Shown here: piece by piece, positions 5,746 through 13,428 of the stretch | Position numbering within the stretch: the stretch's first letter is position 1 | Layout of the letters: every line of letters begins with the position of its first letter | DNA from: a bacterium | Lineage (GTDB): Bacteria > Patescibacteriota > Minisyncoccia > Minisyncoccales > CG1-02-41-26 | NCBI GenBank assembly: GCA_030603395.1 | Contig: JAUVXX010000005.1 | Span: forward strand, 885-64,884 | Direction: 5' to 3' | Length of the DNA: 64,000 bases | The notes under the pieces: model-generated | What the model was told of the DNA's origin: nothing | The model's database searches: none | The model's input: only the letters and a program-made list of their open reading frames with translations | Program-made: the position numbers and the translations under genes

Positions 5746-7902
5746 TTATTCCAGATGGATTCTTTTTTTGAACTTTTTTAATCTCTCTTTCAAAGGGGAG
5801 TATTTTTTTAGGTCGGGGTCCTCGGCTAAAAGTTCTTGGGCTGCCTGTCGGGTTTTTTCAACCAAGGGGAGGTTTTTTAAATTCTCCATAGCCAAATCAG
5901 GAATTCCCCACTGTTTCACTCCCGACAAACTTCCCGGACCCCGGATTTCCAAATCTTTTTGAGCTAATTCAAAGCCATTCTCTGTTTTGACAATTGCCTC
6001 CAATCTTTGGCGAGTTTTTCTGGCAGGAGAGTCGGTGAACAAAAAGCAATAAGATTGCACGTTTGCTCGGCCAACTCTTCCCCGAAATTGATATAGTTGA
6101 GCCAGGCCAAATCTTTCAGCCCCTTCAATCATCATCACGGTGGCTCCCTGAATATCAATACCAACTTCAACCACCGAGGTTGAAACCAAGATGTCAATCT
6201 TTTTATTTTTAAAATCTTTCATTATCTTTTCTTTTTCTTTTGTTTTCATTCTGCCGTGCAGCATTCCTACTTTCAGCTCAGGAAAAATCTCTTTCCGCAA
6301 TTTTTCGTATTCCTCTTTAACCGCTTTTGCTTCAGCCCACCCCAAAATATCTTTCTCTCCTTTTTTGTCTTTCTCAGCTTGATTGTTTCCAGCTTCAATC
6401 CGGGGGCAAATGACAAATACCTGATTGCCAAGTTTTACCTGCTCTTTTATAAAATCGTAAGCTTTATTTCTGTCTTCGGGAGGGATGACCTTGGTAATTA
6501 TTTTTTTCCTTCCCTTGGGCATTTCATCTAAAATTGATAAATCCAAATCCCCATAAACCGTTAAAGCCAAAGTTCGGGGGATAGGAGTGGCGGTCATTGA
6601 TAGCAAATGAGGAATAAGTTTTTCTTCTCCGGCGCGACTCGTGCTAAGTTTAGCTCGCTGCTCCACCCCAAAGCGGTGTTGCTCATCAATAATACAAAGG
6701 GCTAAATTTTTAAACTTCACTTTATCCTGAATTAAAGCATGGGTACCGATCAAGATGTCAATTTCTCCCTTCCTTGCTTTATCCAAAAGTTTTTGTCGAG
6801 AAATTTCCAAAATCTCATTTTCCAGTTTTTGAGCAACAATTTTATCTTCCTTACCGGTCAAGAAAGCAATTTTTACCTTAAAAGGTTTTAACAGTTTTAT
6901 TACCTCTTGAAAGTGCTGTTTGGCTAAAATCTCGGTTGGCGCCATAAAAGCTGTCTGGAAACCTGCCTTAACCACATTTAAGGCAGCTATTACTCCCACC
7001 ACGGTCTTGCCCGAACCAACATCACCTTCCAAGAGGCGCGACATTGGTCTTGGTTTTTCCAGGTCCTTTAAAATCTGCCAGGTGCATTTTTTTTGAGCGT
7101 CCGTCAGTTTAAAAGGTAAAAAGCTGACAAATTCTTTAGTTAACTCAACATTTAAGGGGATGGCCGGAGCTTTTTCTTTATTCAATCTCAATCTTTCTTT
7201 TAAAACCGAAAGCTCAATTAAAAAAAGTTCCTCAAAAGAAAAACGAGCCCTGGCTTTTTCTGCTTGAGCGACTGAATCGGGGAAGTGAACTTGCCAAATC
7301 GCCTGTTTAATTGGTAAGAAGTTTTCAGCTTTAATTATTTTTTCTGGCAGAATCTCCGGGATTTTGTTTTTAAATTCTAAAAGTAGGGGTTTTAAGATAT
7401 AGCGGAGCCAGCGAGAGGACAAACCTTCTGTTTCAGGGTAAACCGGGACAAGCCGTCCAGTATGAGTTAAACTCGATATTTCGATATTTCGAAATGTCGA
7501 TATTTTTTCATAAGCCGGGTTAGACAAGAAAATTCCCTTGTCTCCAAAACTAACTTTGCCAGCCAGACAGACCACATCACCTTGCTTTAAGGTTTTTATC
7601 AGATAGGGTTGATTGAACCAAACAACCTTAATGGCTGATGAGTTGTCTTGAACAATGGCTTGGGTCAAAATCATTCTTCTTTTCCAGGTTCTTGAGCTTT
7701 TAATCTCTAAAATTTTTCCCAAAACACAGCAGGTCTCATTTAATTTAACCTTGGCAATGGGAATGATATCTGAAAAATCCTCATAACGATAAGGAAAATG
7801 CCTGAGTAAGTTCTCCACCGTCTTTATGCCCATTTTTCCAAGTTTCCTCAAAAAACTCGGTCCAACCCTGGAAATTTCTTTAATTGAAGTATCTAAGTCC
7901 AT
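5746..7902 (-). CDS. recG: ATP-dependent DNA helicase RecG
   Basis: 718-aa ORF; GDVGSGKT (Walker A), DEQHRFG (DEQH box), QLRGRVGR-like QFRGRVGR motif VI. Confidence 0.92.
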   Translation of the reverse strand: MDLDTSIKEISRVGPSFLRKLGKMGIKTVENLLRHFPYRYEDFSDIIPIAKVKLNETCCVLGKILEIKSSRTWKRRMILTQAIVQDNSSAIKVVWFNQPYLIKTLKQGDVVCLAGKVSFGDKGIFLSNPAYEKISTFRNIEISSLTHTGRLVPVYPETEGLSSRWLRYILKPLLLEFKNKIPEILPEKIIKAENFLPIKQAIWQVHFPDSVAQAEKARARFSFEELFLIELSVLKERLRLNKEKAPAIPLNVELTKEFVSFLPFKLTDAQKKCTWQILKDLEKPRPMSRLLEGDVGSGKTVVGVIAALNVVKAGFQTAFMAPTEILAKQHFQEVIKLLKPFKVKIAFLTGKEDKIVAQKLENEILEISRQKLLDKARKGEIDILIGTHALIQDKVKFKNLALCIIDEQHRFGVEQRAKLSTSRAGEEKLIPHLLSMTATPIPRTLALTVYGDLDLSILDEMPKGRKKIITKVIPPEDRNKAYDFIKEQVKLGNQVFVICPRIEAGNNQAEKDKKGEKDILGWAEAKAVKEEYEKLRKEIFPELKVGMLHGRMKTKEKEKIMKDFKNKKIDILVSTSVVEVGIDIQGATVMMIEGAERFGLAQLYQFRGRVGRANVQSYCFLFTDSPARKTRQRLEAIVKTENGFELAQKDLEIRGPGSLSGVKQWGIPDLAMENLKNLPLVEKTRQAAQELLAEDPDLKKYSPLKERLKKFKKRIHLE
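7473..7504. repeat. 4 x 8-nt tandem repeat (tcgatatt tcgatatt tcgaaatg tcgatatt) inside recG
   Basis: direct reading; encodes STFRNIEISS. Confidence 0.85.
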
Positions 7903-7973
7903 GAAAAAATTGAATATTAATCCAATTCAGCTTACAATTTAATTATACGTTAAACAAGTTCTAATCCAAAAAT

Positions 7974-8279
7974 ATGAAATACAACAAACTTGTTCGGGAT
8001 AAAATTCCTGAGATTATTAAGCAGAAAGGGAAAGTCCCAATTACCCATATTGCTGATGATGAAGAATATTGGCAAAAATTGAAAGAAAAACTTAAGGAAG
8101 AAGTTGATGAATTTTTAAAAGATAACAAGGAAGAGGAACTTGCTGATATTTTAGAGATAATTTATGCTATTTGTGATTTTAAGAAAATTGACAAACAAGA
8201 ATTGGAAATTCGCCGCAAAAAGAAAGCCGAAAAAAGAGGCAGTTTCAAAAACAAAATAATCCTCGACGAAACAAAATAA
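7974..8279 (+). CDS. MazG-like all-alpha nucleoside triphosphate pyrophosphohydrolase (small house-cleaning type)
   Basis: 101-aa ORF; MKYNKLVRDKIPEII...EELADILEIIYA pattern typical of this family. Confidence 0.65.
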   Translation: MKYNKLVRDKIPEIIKQKGKVPITHIADDEEYWQKLKEKLKEEVDEFLKDNKEEELADILEIIYAICDFKKIDKQELEIRRKKKAEKRGSFKNKIILDETK

Positions 8280-8283
8280 TAGT

Positions 8284-9165
8284 ATGAAAACATCGTTTCA
8301 TAGAATTTATACCGAGGACAAACTGGAATTACATGGACTTCTTTATGAGCCTGATAAAAAAACAACAACAGTTTTAGCTCAAGTTCATGGAATGGGAGGA
8401 AATTTTTATCAGGATAGTTTTTTCGATGCCTTAGCGAAAATTCTTCCAGAAAATGATATTGCCTTTTGCCCATTTAATAATCGGGGAGCTGGGCTTATAA
8501 CTACTTTTAGGAGACCAAAGAGTAATGGAGAGGTTGAATATGTTAGATTTGGCACATCTAAAGAAAAATTTGAATATTGTGTTTTAGACATTAAGGCCCA
8601 TTTAGATTTTTTAGAAAAGCAAGGTTTTACTAATATTCATCTTTGTGGTCACAGTCTGGGGACCTGTAAAGTAGTTTATTATTTAGCAAAGACCCAAGAC
8701 CAAAGAGTAAGATCTTTAATTTTACTTTCTCCGATTGATATGCTGGGATTGGTAAGGATGGACAAAAAGAGGTTTGAAGAAGAAATTAGTACTGCAGAGA
8801 AAATGGTAAGTGAAGAAAGGGGTGATAAGTTAATGCCTAGAGATGTTTGGGACGAATATCCTATTACCGCCAACAGTTATCTCGATCTTTTCGGAGATAG
8901 TTCTGAGACAGCCATCTTCAATTTTTTTAACCCCAAGGATAAATTTGAAAAGCTTTCCAGAATCTCTTACCCGATTTTTAGTGTGATGGGCAAAAAAGAT
9001 GATTCTTTCGTCGTGCCAATAGAGGATACTATGAGGATTATTAAGGAAAAAGCAAAATCGTCTCCGAGGTGCGAGTATAAAATTTTAGGCGATGCTAATC
9101 ACAACTATATAGGATACGAGCAACAACTTGCTGATACTATATTAAAATGGATAAGCAGTTTTTGA
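8284..9165 (+). CDS. alpha/beta-fold hydrolase
   Basis: 293-aa ORF; nucleophile elbow GHSLG; late His (GDANHNY). Confidence 0.65.
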   Translation: MKTSFHRIYTEDKLELHGLLYEPDKKTTTVLAQVHGMGGNFYQDSFFDALAKILPENDIAFCPFNNRGAGLITTFRRPKSNGEVEYVRFGTSKEKFEYCVLDIKAHLDFLEKQGFTNIHLCGHSLGTCKVVYYLAKTQDQRVRSLILLSPIDMLGLVRMDKKRFEEEISTAEKMVSEERGDKLMPRDVWDEYPITANSYLDLFGDSSETAIFNFFNPKDKFEKLSRISYPIFSVMGKKDDSFVVPIEDTMRIIKEKAKSSPRCEYKILGDANHNYIGYEQQLADTILKWISSF

Positions 9166-9244
9166 GCAATTTTGATAAACTCTCCGGCTTTCAAAAAAGA
9201 AAACGAAATTAGTAGATTATAACTTTATTCAAAATATTTTTAAC

Positions 9245-9859
9245 ATGCCGGTTTTGATAAATTTTAAAATTTGCGATAACTCTGAAGATTGTAACGGGAT
9301 AGAGGTTTGCCCAACTGGTGCCTTTTATTGGGATAAAAAGAAAAAAACCATTGCCATTGATAATTCCAAATGTACAAGTTGCGGAGTATGTGAGGAAGCT
9401 TGTCCGGTTGGCGCAATCAGGGTAGCCAAAGATGAGAAAGAATACCAGAGAATAAAAAAAGAAATCGAAAAAGACACGAGGAAACTTTCTGACTTATTTA
9501 TTGACAGATACGGAGCCACTCCAATCCACCCGGCTTTTTTAATTCCCCAAAGCAAGTTTGACGTCCAGATTTTAAGGTCAACTAGACCGGCTGTCGTGGA
9601 GCTATTTAACAACGAATCAATAGAGTGTTTGCTTTACTCTATTCCTATAAAAGAATTATTTAAGAATGTTGATATGAAATACAAAAAAATGGAAATAAAA
9701 GAAAAATCTTTACTTAAGAAATATAAAGTAAAGAAACTTCCTTCTTTATTATTTTTCAAAGATGGAAAATTGGTGGCTAAAATAGATGGCTATTACGATA
9801 ATAAACAGAAAAAAGAAATAAAAGAGAAGGTAAACAAAATTCTTTCTAAAATTAAGTAA
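9245..9859 (+). CDS. 4Fe-4S ferredoxin domain fused to a thioredoxin-like fold lacking CxxC
   Basis: 204-aa ORF; CTSCGVCEEACP cluster motif plus upstream Cys; C-terminal KKLPSLLFFKDGKLV Trx-like strand pattern. Confidence 0.6.
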   Translation: MPVLINFKICDNSEDCNGIEVCPTGAFYWDKKKKTIAIDNSKCTSCGVCEEACPVGAIRVAKDEKEYQRIKKEIEKDTRKLSDLFIDRYGATPIHPAFLIPQSKFDVQILRSTRPAVVELFNNESIECLLYSIPIKELFKNVDMKYKKMEIKEKSLLKKYKVKKLPSLLFFKDGKLVAKIDGYYDNKQKKEIKEKVNKILSKIK

Positions 9860-9877
9860 TATCTCATAAAACAAAAA

Positions 9878-9905
9878 TACAGAGGACTGTCCTCTGTATT
9901 TTTTG
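9878..9905 (+). terminator. rho-independent terminator
   Basis: tacagaggac-t-gtcctctgta followed by T-run 9899-9905. Confidence 0.75.
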
Positions 9906-9977
9906 TGCCCTCGAGAGGAGTCGAACCTCTATCACAAACTCCGCAAGTTCGCATTCTGTCCATTGAACTACGAGGGC
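9906..9977 (-). tRNA. tRNA-Arg (anticodon GCG)
   Basis: hand fold of reverse complement: acceptor GCCCTCG/CGAGGGC, anticodon stem CGAAC/GTTTG, loop TTGCGGA, T arm AGAGG-TTCGACT-CCTCT. Confidence 0.8.
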
Positions 9978-10056
9978 ATTCCTCTTTGACGATATCATAA
10001 AAATTATTATTTTTCCAGTTGATTTATTAAAATTTTGATGGTAAGGTAGAAATACA

Positions 10057-10143
10057 GGAGGAGTCGGATAACGGTATTCCAGTGGCTTGCTAAGCCATCG
10101 CCGTGTAAAAAGCGGCTTGTGAGTTCGAATCTCACCTCCTCCG
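10057..10143 (+). tRNA. tRNA-Ser (anticodon GCU), long variable arm
   Basis: acceptor GGAGGAG/CTCCTCC, anticodon loop TTGCTAA, variable arm CGCCGTGTAAAAAGCGGCT, T loop TTCGAAT. Confidence 0.88.
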
Positions 10144-10151
10144 CTTTTTTA

Positions 10152-10233
10152 GGAGGGGTCGGATAATGGTATTCCACTAGTTTTGAAAACTAGCACCCGA
10201 AAGGGTATGCGAGTTCGAATCTCGCCCCCTCCG
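10152..10233 (+). tRNA. tRNA-Ser (anticodon UGA), long variable arm
   Basis: acceptor GGAGGGG/CCCCTCC, anticodon stem CTAGT/ACTAG, loop TTTGAAA, T loop TTCGAAT. Confidence 0.88.
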
Positions 10234-10238
10234 CATAA

Positions 10239-10267
10239 CAAAAAACCGACACCAGCCGGTTTTTTTG
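10239..10267. terminator. possible bidirectional terminator (A-run, short GC core, T-run)
   Basis: aaaaaaccg-acaccagc-cggtttttt between tRNA-Ser and convergent comF. Confidence 0.4.
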
Positions 10268-10984
10268 TTACTCTCTTGCGACAACAATGCCCCAGACTTC
10301 TTTGGCCCCTGCTTTCCTAAGAATTCTGGCGCACTCTTCCATGGTACTTCCGGTGGTGAAAACGTCATCAACTAAAAATACTCTCTTTCCCTGAATTTCC
10401 TGGGGATTCTTAACCGTAAAGACCCCTCTAATATTTTTCTCTCTTTTTTCTTTCTTAAGCTCAACTTGTGGTTGAGTTTGTTTAGTTTTTATGAGATTAT
10501 TATTTAACAAGGGGATTTTGTAGAATTTGGAAAGTACTTGAGCGATTAAAGCTGCTTGATTGAAGCCTCGCCATCTTTCCCTGAATTTGGCAAGGGGAAT
10601 GGGTAAAAAAACCGAGTTTTCCTTGTTTTGGGAAATTAGCTTGTTCTCTGACAGAAGAAAATGTGCTATGATTAAAGAAGTTAGGGGAGAAGTTAGATTT
10701 TTTAAAAAAGGTTCATATTTGAATTTGCTGATTAATTTTTTAACCAGAGGATTTTGATAGGAGGTGGCAGAAAATATTCCAGAGAGCTTCATTTTTCGAT
10801 GGCTGAGACAGGTCCCCTCTGTAAAAACTCTTTTAGGAGTTTGACAGAAAGGGCAGTAGTTAAATTCTGAAAGGTCAATTGAGCTTAAACAATCTTCACA
10901 GACAAGGGCTCCTTCCCTTTTACAGTTAAGGCAGAATTGTGGAAAGAGAATGTGGACTAAAAATTTTTTCAGCATAGTAATCAT
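10268..10984 (-). CDS. comF: ComF-family phosphoribosyltransferase-domain protein (competence)
   Basis: N-terminal double CxxC Zn ribbon (CLNC...CEDC, CPFC), C-terminal PRT motif VFLVDDVFTTGST; ORF opens at GTG 10996, first ATG at 10984. Confidence 0.8.
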   Translation of the reverse strand: MITMLKKFLVHILFPQFCLNCKREGALVCEDCLSSIDLSEFNYCPFCQTPKRVFTEGTCLSHRKMKLSGIFSATSYQNPLVKKLISKFKYEPFLKNLTSPLTSLIIAHFLLSENKLISQNKENSVFLPIPLAKFRERWRGFNQAALIAQVLSKFYKIPLLNNNLIKTKQTQPQVELKKEKREKNIRGVFTVKNPQEIQGKRVFLVDDVFTTGSTMEECARILRKAGAKEVWGIVVARE

Positions 10985-11004
10985 TAATATTACCACAATA
11001 TTTG

Positions 11005-11013
11005 TGCTAAAAT
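11005..11013 (+). promoter_or_regulatory. extended -10 element of the pilus operon, leaderless geometry
   Basis: TGcTAAAAT, then 7 nt (aaaaaaa), then ATG 11021. Confidence 0.45.
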
Positions 11014-11020
11014 AAAAAAA

Positions 11021-12076
11021 ATGGGGATTTTTTCAAAAAGATGTTTGGGAATAGATATCGGAGCTTCTTCCATAAAGGTAGTTGAGATTTCTGGTGGTGG
11101 CAGGAGAAAGAAATTGGAAAATTATGCTGAGTTCCAGCTTCCCTTACAAGAGCCGCCTTTAAGTTTGTTTCATAAAAAGGAGCTGATTCTTTTGAGTGAA
11201 GAAACTTCAGAGATTTTGGAATGTTTATTCAAAAAAGCCAAGATTAAAAAAAAGAAAGTTGCTCTCTCTCTTCCTGATTTCTCTACTTTCTTTACCACTT
11301 TTAATTTGCCCCCGATGACGGAAGCCGAAGTCCCTCAAGCGGTAGAATTTGAAGCGCGCCATCATGTCCCCCTGCCTTTATCTGAAGTTACCTTTGACTG
11401 GCAGGTAATTGAAAGAGAGAAGATTCTTCCCGGAATTAAATTAAAGATATTGTTGGTGGCTATTCCCAATCGGGTTTTGGCAAGTTATCAAAAATTAGCC
11501 ACTTTATCCCAACTTGAGGTTGAAGGAATGGAAGCTGAAGTTTTTGGGCTGATGCGCTCTTCCATCCCTAAGGAACTCAATAAAAAGCCCGTTTGTTTGG
11601 TGGACATCGGCTGGGAGAGCACCACCGTCAGTATTGCCCAGGGAGGAACCCTGAGGTTGAGTCACAGCTTTGATATTTCGGGCAAGGAGTTTACCAGAGC
11701 TCTTTGTGAAAAGTTGAATATTGACTGGGAAAAAGCTGAAAATCTCAAGAAAGAGCACGGCTTAGATCCCGAAAAAAAAGAAATTTTTGATGCTTTAGTT
11801 CCCAAGGCAAATGAAATTGCCAGAGAAATAAATGGGGTTTGTCAAAGTTTTCAGCAAACCGAAGGGAAAAAAGCAGAGGATGTTATTCTGGCCGGGGGAA
11901 TGGTTTCCCTTTTTGGTCTAAGGGAATACCTGAATGTCCAGCTTAAAAAAAATATCCAGATTACCGATCCTTTTGCCAAGGTTTCTTTTCCTTCCATCTT
12001 AAAACCCCGGCTCCAGAAATTAGGACCTTCTTTTGGGGTCGCTCTGGGGGTAGCTTTAAGGGGTATCACCACTTAA
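11021..12076 (+). CDS. pilM: type IV pilus assembly protein PilM (actin-like ATPase fold)
   Basis: 351-aa ORF; GIDIGASSIKVVE phosphate-1 motif; head of pilus operon. Confidence 0.85.
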   Translation: MGIFSKRCLGIDIGASSIKVVEISGGGRRKKLENYAEFQLPLQEPPLSLFHKKELILLSEETSEILECLFKKAKIKKKKVALSLPDFSTFFTTFNLPPMTEAEVPQAVEFEARHHVPLPLSEVTFDWQVIEREKILPGIKLKILLVAIPNRVLASYQKLATLSQLEVEGMEAEVFGLMRSSIPKELNKKPVCLVDIGWESTTVSIAQGGTLRLSHSFDISGKEFTRALCEKLNIDWEKAENLKKEHGLDPEKKEIFDALVPKANEIAREINGVCQSFQQTEGKKAEDVILAGGMVSLFGLREYLNVQLKKNIQITDPFAKVSFPSILKPRLQKLGPSFGVALGVALRGITT

Positions 12077-12080
12077 TTAT

Positions 12081-12623
12081 ATGCCAAAAGAACCATTTGC
12101 CAGAATTATTCCCAAACCCAGACCGAAAACACCATTTTCTGTTAGCTTTCTTTTTTACTTTGCCATCTTGCTGGTAATTATTTCAATTGGAGGGTTTTTC
12201 TTTTTGGAAAGCCAGATTTCTTCCCAGAGAGAAAGGAAAGAAGAACTGGAGAGACAAATCGTAGAATTGGAAGGAGAGGAAGAGAAAAAATTAGAAGAAG
12301 AAATTTTATCCTTTGGAGAAAAAATTAAAATTTTCAAGGAGATTTTTGCCAACCATAAAATTAGCTCAAATTTCCTTTCCCTGCTTGAAAGTTCCTGCCA
12401 CCAAAAAGTTCAATTGACCAGCTTAAATTTAGCTACTGAAAATGGTCGGGTTAATTTGCAGGGAAAAACTGAAAGCTTCCAAACCCTGGGGGAACAATTT
12501 CTCATTTTTTCTGAAAATGAGAAATTGGAAAACCTTATTTTATCTAACATCTCTTTGGATAGGGAGGGGAAGATTAACTTTAGCTTAATTTTCTCCCTTC
12601 TCTTGGAGGTTTTAAAGAAATGA
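12081..12623 (+). CDS. PilN-like bitopic pilus alignment protein
   Basis: 180-aa ORF; single N-terminal TM then coiled coil; position after pilM. Confidence 0.55.
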   Translation: MPKEPFARIIPKPRPKTPFSVSFLFYFAILLVIISIGGFFFLESQISSQRERKEELERQIVELEGEEEKKLEEEILSFGEKIKIFKEIFANHKISSNFLSLLESSCHQKVQLTSLNLATENGRVNLQGKTESFQTLGEQFLIFSENEKLENLILSNISLDREGKINFSLIFSLLLEVLKK

Positions 12624-13147
12624 AAAAAAGTTTTAGCATCCCTATTTTATTATTCGTAGTTTTACTTTTGGCGATTTTCCTTGTCTGGCCGCAATACCAG
12701 GAATTTAAAGATTTGAAGGAACAAGTTGACGAAAAACAAGCCGAACTTTCTGAAACTGAAGAATATCTTTCAGAGCTTAGTCAAATTTCAGAAAAGCTAA
12801 ATGATTATCAAGATTCTTTAAAGAAAATTGAGTCGGCTTTGCCTCAGGACTCTTCCTTGCCTTCTCTATTGAATTTCTTTCAGAAAGAAAGTTCAGAAAA
12901 TGGGCTTTTGTTAAAAAATATCAACCAGACAGAAGGAAAAAGAAAAGAAGAGCCAAAAGGAATTTTAGCCAAAGTTAAAGAAACCTACATTAATCTCAGT
13001 CTTACAGGGACCTATCCATCCTTGAAGGGGTTTCTGGAAAGCCTGGAGAAATCCTCAAGATTAATTGAAGTTGAAAATATTTCTATTGATACTGCCGGAG
13101 AAGAATTTCCAGAGTACAACATTTTAATTAAAGTTCATCACATGTAA
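12620..13147 (+). CDS. PilO-like bitopic pilus alignment protein
   Basis: 175-aa ORF; N-terminal TM, coiled coil, C-terminal ferredoxin-like region; operon position. Confidence 0.55.
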   Translation: MKKSFSIPILLFVVLLLAIFLVWPQYQEFKDLKEQVDEKQAELSETEEYLSELSQISEKLNDYQDSLKKIESALPQDSSLPSLLNFFQKESSENGLLLKNINQTEGKRKEEPKGILAKVKETYINLSLTGTYPSLKGFLESLEKSSRLIEVENISIDTAGEEFPEYNILIKVHHM

Positions 13148-13148
13148 C

Positions 13149-13406
13149 ATGCCAGGAATTGCGGAACAAAATAAAACTCTTAAATATTTAATTTGGGGTG
13201 TGGTCTTGGCAGGAATTATTATTCTAATTTACTCCTGGTGGTGGCGTCCCAAGCCTCTTTCTCTTCCTCCTGTTCCCAAACCTTTCCCATCCGTTAAGAT
13301 TGACTTTGAATTTCTGGAGAGCCAGGAAGTCAAAGATATTTTACCCTTTGAGGAGATTTCCCTCCCAGAAGAAGTTGGTCGAGAAAACCCCTTTGAACCC
13401 TACTAA
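13149..13406 (+). CDS. small single-pass, Pro-rich membrane protein, pilus-operon accessory
   Basis: 85-aa ORF; TM LIWGVVLAGIIILIY; operon position only. Confidence 0.4.
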   Translation: MPGIAEQNKTLKYLIWGVVLAGIIILIYSWWWRPKPLSLPPVPKPFPSVKIDFEFLESQEVKDILPFEEISLPEEVGRENPFEPY

Positions 13407-13428
13407 AAATTTATACTCTCCAGTACCT

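Noticed and set aside
10177-10371. A 64-aa ORF overlapping tRNA-Ser(UGA), and similarly the ORFs at 56529-56757 overlapping tRNA-Ser(GGA).
   Set aside because: They are antisense to well-folded tRNA genes and terminator sequence, and coding is not supported.
10985-10996. A GTG start of comF at 10996.
   Set aside because: The codon is GTG and adds only MVIL. The ATG at 10984 or 10975 gives the usual ComF N-terminus preceding LFPxxCxxC. The exact start remains uncertain.
13300-13428. ORF-track start of pilB at 13300 (618 aa).
   Set aside because: The first 43 codons overlap the 85-aa upstream ORF in another frame and have no PilB similarity. The ATG at 13429 (MDLISQLVKQ...) gives a normal N-terminus.
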